Source: Octopus vulgaris (taxonomy: Eukaryota). From it: a stretch of DNA of 64,000 nucleotides. The DNA lies in assembly GCA_951406725.2 (NCBI GenBank), contig OX597822.1, forward strand, positions 27,404,001-27,468,000. The letters run 5' to 3'. A program made the translations under genes and the position numbers. The notes under the pieces are model-generated. The model did no database searches. It was not told where the DNA came from and saw nothing but the letters and a program-made list of their open reading frames with translations. This document shows, in pieces, positions 55,936-64,000 of the stretch; the stretch's first letter is position 1, and each line of letters begins with the position of its first letter.

Positions 55936-55973
55936 TCTTTCTGTTGAAGAGCGTAGGCTCGAAACGTAAAAGA
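55936..55973 (+). ncRNA. Minimal hammerhead ribozyme (CUGUUGA core)
   Basis: UCUUU-CUGUUGA-A-GAGC-guag-GCUC-GAAA-CGU-A-AAAGA, inside element 55890-56072, which ends in (TA)n. Confidence 0.75.
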
Positions 55974-56069
55974 CTTGTTTTATTTATATTCCTGACCGCC
56001 ATACTAATACAATTGTTTGCTTGTATTCCACCTGCCTTCGTCTTTTGTTTATTTTCATAAAGCTTCCCG

Positions 56070-56115
<46 letters not shown>

Positions 56116-56282
56116 GTGTCTGTGTGTGTGTATAACATAAATGTAATATAAAGTGAGCATGTAGAATAATTTTATTTGTTATAGATTGTAGTCTTAAGTA
56201 TCGACAGGTCATACACAATATACATGCACGCATTTAGAAAGACAAACGGATATATGCATGCGTTCACTCAGCACACACACAC

Positions 56283-56353
<71 letters not shown>

Positions 56354-56357
<4 letters not shown>

Positions 56358-56464
56358 CCTGCTCGCTTAGCCAGCGGGGTGGCGTCATTCGAAGGCTAAA
56401 ACTATGCGAACGCATTGTGACCAGCGATGTTTAGCAACATCTGAAGTCTGGTCGGTCACGTGAT

Positions 56465-56472
<8 letters not shown>
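56354..56472 (+). mobile_element. Short insert flanked by (TA)n, probably a retroposon 3' tail
   Basis: GC-rich 118 bp ending in a tandem cacgtgat. Confidence 0.45.
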
Positions 56473-56530
<58 letters not shown>

Positions 56531-56605
56531 GTATATATATAGATATATATATATGTATATATATATATATATGGATGTATACATATATATACATATATAT
56601 ATATT

Positions 56606-56686
<81 letters not shown>

Positions 56687-56798
56687 CATAATTATACATA
56701 CATATATATAACAATTGCAACACGGAAGGTGTTTATATGCCATTTAAAACACACAAAAACCGTTACATTCACTTCAACATTTAAATTTAATTATTTAA

Positions 56799-56849
56799 TT
56801 TCCCAAAATATTTTCGTCACTTTGAGACCGCGACCTGTTCAATGACAAA
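56799..56849 (-). ncRNA. Degenerate hammerhead-like fold (UUGAACA core)
   Basis: Minus strand reads UUUGUCA-UUGAACA-G-GUCGC..GUGAC-GAAA-AUAUUU-UGGGAAA. Confidence 0.45.
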
Positions 56850-57023
56850 ATTGCGTGCTGCACCTGATAAAGTAGCATGTATGATATATACGTAAGTTCG
56901 TACGTACGTACGTATGTATGTATGTATGTATGTATGTACTTATGTATGTTTGTGAGTATTTAGGTAAGTGTGTAGACATCTGTGTGTGTGTGTGTGTGTG
57001 CGTACATGTGAACGTATGTTTAT

Positions 57024-57062
<39 letters not shown>

Positions 57063-57063
<1 letters not shown>

Positions 57064-57255
57064 TTTCAGTATCGTTGCAAAGGCAAAGTCACCTGAGTGC
57101 TTTTGTAGCTACTGTAACCTACGAGCAATTAGAAGTCTTAATAGCCTATCATTGTTACAGTATCTTGAATTATGAGAGATGACAACTCTAAATAAATACA
57201 AGTCAAAGCTTCCCAGCATATTCATACACCTCAGATATTTAGTTGATATAATTAT
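57063..57255 (+). repeat. Near-identical duplicate (about 190 bp) of 63214-63406
   Basis: atttcagtatcgttgcaaagg...cctcagatatttagtt.atataattat with about 2 mismatches. Confidence 0.95.
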
Positions 57256-57275
57256 TGAATTATATTATATATATA

Positions 57276-57671
57276 CTAGCAGTATCGTCCGGCATTGCTC
57301 GGGTTTGTAAGGGAAATAACTATATAAGCATTTTTAGAGAGTTATAGCCCAAAAATAGGAAAAAAATGCATTAAAAATGGAAAAAAATTAAGGTAAATTT
57401 CTTTTTAAATCGTTGACACATCGTAGATATTTTTAGAGAGTTACTTCCCTTATATAATAGCGAAAAAAATGCATTAAAATGGAAAAATATGATGGTAAAT
57501 TTTTTTAAATCGTAGACTCATCGTAGACGCGCGCTAATACCCAGAAGGGCTCGATATGACTCACGACTATAAGATACCCGGTTTTAGTTACACTGCACCG
57601 CAAAATGTGGGAGTAGTTAGGAATCTAAATCGTAGGAGACAGACACACAACTTCATTCTTATATATAAAGA
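57276..57671 (-). mobile_element. Non-autonomous Helitron, same family as 11756
   Basis: 5'-TC start, 3' hairpin and CTAG end, A|T site, shared internal repeats. Confidence 0.85.
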
Positions 57672-57783
57672 TATAAGTCACGTAGTTATATACACATACT
57701 TTGTTATATACACATTCTTAAAAGAAAATGTTATTTTGAATACAACATTTATAAAGAATAAAATATTTTTTGGTTTTTCTTAA

Positions 57784-58740
57784 CCCTTTCGTTACTATAT
57801 TTCTGACCAAAATACACCCCTTATGTGTTTCAATTAATTTCTAACGTAATCATAAATTTAGTCTGGTTTCATTAAACAACTATAACTTTTTTATTTATGA
57901 ATATATTAATCTGATTTTTGGAAGATAATTTAGTGAAATGTTCTCAACCAATTCTATACTATAATTTTTGTCACAAAGTGACTCTAATTGCAGGTAGATA
58001 CAGGTAAATTCAACAATATATAAAATTATTAAAATTTTGTTCAAACATCGCTATAGAAAATGGGTTATTAGCTAATATTCAATTGGGTATACAACAAAAT
58101 TTTACGATAGAATTTGTTATTCTGGGTAACTTTCTGATACCCATAATAATATTTATGGCAAAATAGGCCTTAATTTAATTTAAGGTTGTGGGAAATAACA
58201 AACTATCCTTTCTTTCGCTTTGTTTACGTTTAGCGTAATGATTTCAAATAGGCTCATTCGAAAAAGTAAAAAGAAATAGTTTAAGGCTTTATACTCTTCT
58301 GGGAAAGTCTGTGGCTTGGTGCAGTTTCTTCAGAAAAATCACCGAAAGAAACAGTTTTTAAATTTTCACTCCATTCAGGTACCAATTCATTTTCTTAATC
58401 GCTGTCGGATTCACTGTTTTCACTTTAATAGCTGCAAACTTGCAAAGACAAAGGAGGAGAAGGGTGATAGCGTCAGTGAAACAGTCGCTCCCTTTGTGTG
58501 TGTGTGCGTTTGCGTGTGGTGTATCCCACATTAAGAAAAACATTTGACATATACACCAGAATGTGAGTTTTCTCTAAATTTTGCTTAATTGGGGTTGAAA
58601 TTTTAAAAACCGGACCTGGCATGACCCGATGCATTCTACTCTTAAAAATGCTAGGTAAATTGTAATTGAAGAAATCCTATATTGTAGATTTCTATAACTT
58701 ACAAAGGGAGGCAGATAAAATCTGCCTTTTATAATAAGAT
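57784..58740 (-). mobile_element. piggyBac relic (right boundary uncertain)
   Basis: TTAA|CCC terminus at 57780-57786. Minus strand 58410-58230 gives an acidic stretch, then PEWSE..FSEETAP and NYF.LLF..SLFEII, resembling a piggyBac transposase N-terminus. Confidence 0.6.
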
Positions 58741-58849
58741 ATATATATTTATATATATATAGTATTTCCAATGCTTTGGCCTGAGATACTGAAATGATTT
58801 CTACAGGAAATTGAAAACATATTGCAATATAACTATGCTGATAGTTCGC

Positions 58850-59056
58850 GGAATTTTGAGACAAGGCCAGTAAGTTCGGGCAATGGTGTAAGGTGCTTAT
58901 ATCGACTCCAGTTCTCAACTGGTACTTATTTTATCGACACTGAAAGGATGAAAGGCAAAGTCGAACTCAGCAAAGTCGTACTCAGAACGTAAAGATGGTA
59001 CGAAATGTCGCTAAGCATTTTGCTCGGCGTGCTGACGATTCTGTTTGCTCGCCGCC
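58850..59056 (-). mobile_element. SINE family A
   Basis: Reverse complement of the family at 7228. Confidence 0.85.
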
Positions 59057-59621
59057 TTGTATTCGTAAATTAATATTCTAAAACATTATTTGATAAATGT
59101 AATTTTTGTAAGAATATTATATCATTCATATTTTAGTGTCACTTGTCATTCTATTTTAAATGTAACATATGGGCTTAAGCTTATAGAAACGAAATCGGGC
59201 TTCGTTGACTGGACTTCTAACTCACACGGTAAAGCAAGGAATTTTCAGCTTTTTTTGCTTTTGCTTTTTTGTGGAATGTTTTTACCATTCACAATGACTT
59301 TCCGGTGGTTCAGCCATTTTATAAGTGTCGCACTTTAGTGATATCTCCGACAATTCCATTTCAGCTAACTGTACTTGAGAAGGCATGTGGTAAGCAACAC
59401 CGCCATTTCAAGGAATACATGAAAATAGCCAGTGGTGCAGCAAAATGAAAGTACATTAATTTCAATAGGCTGACCAACGACGTATGAAGAAAGGTCAAAA
59501 AACGTTTTTTGCTTTAAAATGCATTACAAAATAAAGATTTAACATTATATGTAAAAAGAAAATAGGGAACAAACGTCAATGAGAAAGATTCTACTCAGTC
59601 GCTTGGTCTGCTAGGGATAAC

Positions 59622-59953
59622 TGACCTTCGGTCATGAATGACTATGGGACTGCACCTAAAAAGTTACCCTCCGAGGCAGAAGTCCGGGCAAGGTTGTTTA
59701 TGGAAGACCAGCAGTCGTCCATGCATACATGTCTCCCCTCTCCACGCCACTGATGTTATCCAAAGGAAAGGTAAAGGCCAATACAGCTTGGCACTAGTAA
59801 TATTGCAACTCATTTCTACAACTGAGTGAATTGGAGTAACGTGAAATAAAGCGTCTTGCTCAAAAACACAACTCAGATCCCGGTCCGGGAATCGAACTCA
59901 CTACCTCATCATTTTGAACCCGACGCCCTAACCTCTGCGCCATGTGCCTTCAC
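59622..59953 (-). mobile_element. SINE family D
   Basis: Homologous to 31035-31366, with a tRNA-like head on the minus strand. Confidence 0.82.
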
Positions 59954-61604
59954 GATAACAGGTCCAAACCCTCTCAAATCACATCCACCAACTTATATTT
60001 AGACGAATATATCTGACAGAGCACGCTTTGATATATAATGATAAGAAGGCAGGATGGTCACGACAGGAACATCTTTCATCATAGGTCTGCTGGATCACGG
60101 TTGACTTTGATTTAAACAGGCAAGACAAAACAGCAACAATATTTGGAGTTGTAAATCAATGGAGGGAGCATCATCATAATCGTTCTATATGCTAAAAACA
60201 ACAGTCAAATCTCTCCTACATCATACACTACTGCCTTTATGAGATGGAAGAGAAACATTAGAAACTGCTGTGTAAAGCATAGTATTCCTAAAAAGAAAAA
60301 AGACGATTAGGTCATCGTTAGATCTTATTTTGAACATATACCCGCTCGAGGAGCAATGACCTGTAGGCTAAAGAAGAAACAGAGATATCGGACACAGAAC
60401 AAATTAACTATCGTAAAGTTTAAAACAGTTTCTGCAACTCATTTATCTGAAACTAAGAACAATCATGAAAATTAGGTAAGTTAACCAAAAATATGTTCGG
60501 TATTTAATAAAACTCAGAATATAGATTATCTCTAGTTGATTGCATACGTTAGTCTTATTTTAAAATAAATTTGCTAAATCGAGTTAGTTATTTTCAGACA
60601 GAGAAGATTGTTGGAATTTTCAGAATGGTGTATTTACCAGTTGTATAATGAAATTACGCCCAGATTTTATCTGGATTATATCCAAACACATGTCCAAGCC
60701 CGCTATTAAAAATAAGGTGTTAGGTTCGCTGCAATGAAATGTGTTAGAATAGTTTGGTTTATAAATATCAAAGCAAATCTAATCGAGACAGTTACTTGTA
60801 TTACACAAAAGAAACAAGTATAACTTTCTAATCAAGAGCATTAATCAGTCTAAGATGGCGAGAGAAAGAGAGAGAGAGAGGGTGGGAGAGAGAGAGGAGG
60901 AGGGAGAGGCTGGCAGAGAGAGAAAGACAAAGATTTTATTATGAGTGTATGTATCTCGGGATATTTTTACTTCTAGCACTGTTTGAATTTATTTGTTGGC
61001 CGGACAATAGAAATGTCGCTTATCAAAATATACGACAACGTTATATTTGTGCATTGGGTGGTACTATGTTCTGGCTACATACACACTCAGACACGCGAGT
61101 AAACACACACATATACACACACATAAATTAAACCAAACCACATTACACGACACACACACGCGTACATACATACATATATACACGCATATATGTATGAACA
61201 AATCACGCAGAAATTCGAACATAAGCGAATAACCCTACTACACGGATATACGTATCTATATCAACATATGCAAATACACACAATTAGAAGTTATTAGGTA
61301 TCAATTCCTATTTCATACTATAACCAACTGATCTGTAAAGCTTCTCGCCACTTACGTAAGTAACGTTGGCTGATGTAGACTCTGCATCGTATACTCAGTA
61401 CGGTTTTGATTATTTTCAAAAAATATGTTTACATAGGTGCATACATAGGAACATAAATATATGTATGTGAGTGTATATATACATATATATTGTATATATG
61501 CATGTGTATATATATATATATGGGTGCGTATGTGTGTGTTTGTGTACATACATACATACAAACATACATACAGACAGGCATACGTATATCCATGTGTATA
61601 TATA

Positions 61605-61795
61605 GTATTTTCCTTTTATTCTTTCATTTCTTTCAGTCATTTGAATGCAGTCATGCTGGAGCACTGCCGTGAAGTGATTTTGTCGAACAGTTCGACACCA
61701 GGACATATGTTAAAGCCTAGTATATATTCTATAGATTTTTTTCTCGAACCTCCAAGTTGCGGGTACGTAAACACACCAGCACCGGTTGTGAAGCG
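61605..61795 (-). mobile_element. SINE family B, 3' fragment
   Basis: tttcagtcatttga..catgctggagcac..gtaaacacaccagcaccggttg. Confidence 0.75.
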
Positions 61796-61911
61796 ATCTC
61801 TTTCTTTGTCTTCATATTTGGATTATATATCTACATGTATAGTTTACTGTTTTCTTAAGGTAAAATAAAACAAAAAATTACTCCATATAGTGAGAGAATT
61901 ATATCATTTAA

Positions 61912-62208
61912 ATGGCACTCGGTCGGTTACAGCAACGAGGGTTGCAGTTGATCAGGTCAACAGAAGAGCCTGCCCGTGAAATAAACGTGCAAATGGCTGA
62001 GATCGCCAAAGATACGTGTACACTTAACGTGATTCTCAAGGAGATTTTGAATGACATAGTGTGTTACAAGGCTGGTCCTTCGAAATACAGATACTACTCA
62101 TTTTTTCAGCTGAAATCTTGCTCAAGGAAAAAACGCTTCGCCGGGAATTGAACTTACAAACTTACAATCGCCAGCCAAATACCCTAACCATTAAGCCACG
62201 CACCTTTC
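61912..62208 (-). mobile_element. SINE related to family C, diverged
   Basis: ggcactcggtcggttac.gc.acgaggg is the reverse complement of the family C tail. A tRNA-like head lies at about 62140-62205. Confidence 0.75.
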
Positions 62209-63696
62209 ATAAATATCATTTAATGTACACTGTATTGGAATAAGAAATACTAATAGTTTCTTGCCATTAGGACAAAGTAGCGAGACAGGTTTTTATAATG
62301 TGCCTTGTCTTCAATGAATCATCAAGCACAAACCGTGTGTTCAGAGCCTAAACACACACACGCACGCACGCACTGACTCACACACAGACACACACACACA
62401 CACACACACATAGGTACGTGTGTGTGTGCATGCTTATGTGCCTGCACATATGTGTGTTTATGTAAAAGTATTGGACTCAATACTTATTACAAATATAACT
62501 ACGTATTGGAAATTTCCCAGATTAAATTTATACACAAACAAATATTAACTTCTGCAGTAAACCCAGGGATTAGCCGATACTCGAACTTCAATCAACCAGT
62601 TATGATTTACAGCATGTGACAGTTGATATTAATAGATGTGTATTTTCTTATCACCAGACAGACAAATATTAATGAAGTGTGTAATTCTACCGAGAAGACG
62701 GTTTATCGATAATTTGGAATGCTTAGTGAAATCTACATAAAATATGAGTAAACCTAAAAAAAAGAAAATTTTTTTCATCCTCGTAACATAAATAAATCCA
62801 TAAATATTGCAATCATATTCTTAACACTGACCAGTCTGCACTTGACTTCACAAATTATCCACAAATTTTCTAAAATTCTTTTTTTATTTCTTACCGCTGT
62901 AGGGTGACTATAAACTCGAAGTTCTCTAAACACAAACCAAAATCGATATGCACTTTACAAATCTCTTTAATTGAAGGCATATAACTGGCTGCTCTCTGAA
63001 GAAAAGATTTTGTTGCGATGAAAAATAAAGAGAACAAATTGGATATAAGTAGACGACACGGTAAAGGCAAGTTGGATTAAGTGAGAACACATTTAAAACC
63101 AATTACATACAGCACTCCTATTCGTTCACACACCAAAGTCAGAGCAACTCTATTTACTTTAAAAATACAATTAGTTCATTTAGAAGACATAGGGGGAAAC
63201 AATCCTACAATGAATTTCAGTATCGTTGCAAAGGCAAAGTCACCTGAGTGCTTTTGTAGCTACTGTAACCTACGAGCAATTAGAAGTCTTAATAGCCTAT
63301 CATTGTTACGGTATCTTGAATTATGAGAGATGACAACTCTAAATAAATACAAGTCAAAGCTTCCCAGCATATTCATACACCTCAGATATTTAGTTAATAT
63401 AATTATGGAATTTATGACCGATAATTGACTTACTGTGAATTCCATTATTCTGAATAAGTCAACTCATGTTTATCGTAAGAACAATGATACCTTTCGTTAG
63501 AAAATATCCTTCCGTTTTTATTACATGATTTTTTAGCTGCCAATGGCTCTATTTGCGTGTGACATACGTAGAATTTGATAAGGTTGTAAATAACAGCAAC
63601 TTGACAATATCTCCCATTATCGATTGTCTTTTCATTACATGGCCTCACTTATCACCTGAGGAGTCATGAACTTCCGAACAGTTGCAGCAGAGGATA

Positions 63697-63741
<45 letters not shown>

Positions 63742-64000
63742 GTAGTCTACACCTTGCCTTGGTTATATGTAACCAATCTCTTACAAAATACATACATATA
63801 TATACCGCAATCCATCCATCCATCCATCCATCCATTACATGCATACATACATATATACATACGCATATATATATATATATATATAGTATTTCATGGAAAT
63901 ACTATGAATGCGCAAACCTAATAACTTTCCCTATACTTGATCCTTGTTAGGGATATCCAGTATCACAGTCTTGTAGTGAGCAATGGTTTCCTATTTGGGT

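Noticed and set aside
58358-58434. Apparent minus-strand exon (strong acceptor, WYLNG Ig-like peptide)
   Set aside because: Another frame fits a piggyBac transposase N-terminus inside a relic with a TTAA terminus.

Overview
This is an AT-rich, gene-poor eukaryotic window saturated with microsatellites. The SINE families and repeat landscape suggest an octopus-like cephalopod (my inference, not a database match). I found no intact host gene. Most long ORFs in the supplied track are translations of (TA)n, (TATG)n, (TAGA)n or (CA)n arrays. The recognisable coding sequence comes from decayed transposons: a CR1/L2-type RT, a HERO-like fragment, two Dong/R4-like fragments next to (TAA)n, RTE fragments, three mariners plus a fragment, a piggyBac relic and Penelope-like GIY-YIG fragments. 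The window also holds two non-autonomous Helitrons, a solo LTR and four tRNA-derived SINE families. The main signal the ORF track misses is about ten type-I hammerhead ribozyme (HHR) folds from several unrelated short element families, most of them in or beside (TA)n arrays. Many have non-canonical catalytic cores: CCGAnGA three times, CAGAUGA, CUGUnGA in two copies, and a compensated UUGAAAA. Several of the (TA)n-embedded elements also end in long inverted repeats. All folds were read by eye and none was computed.
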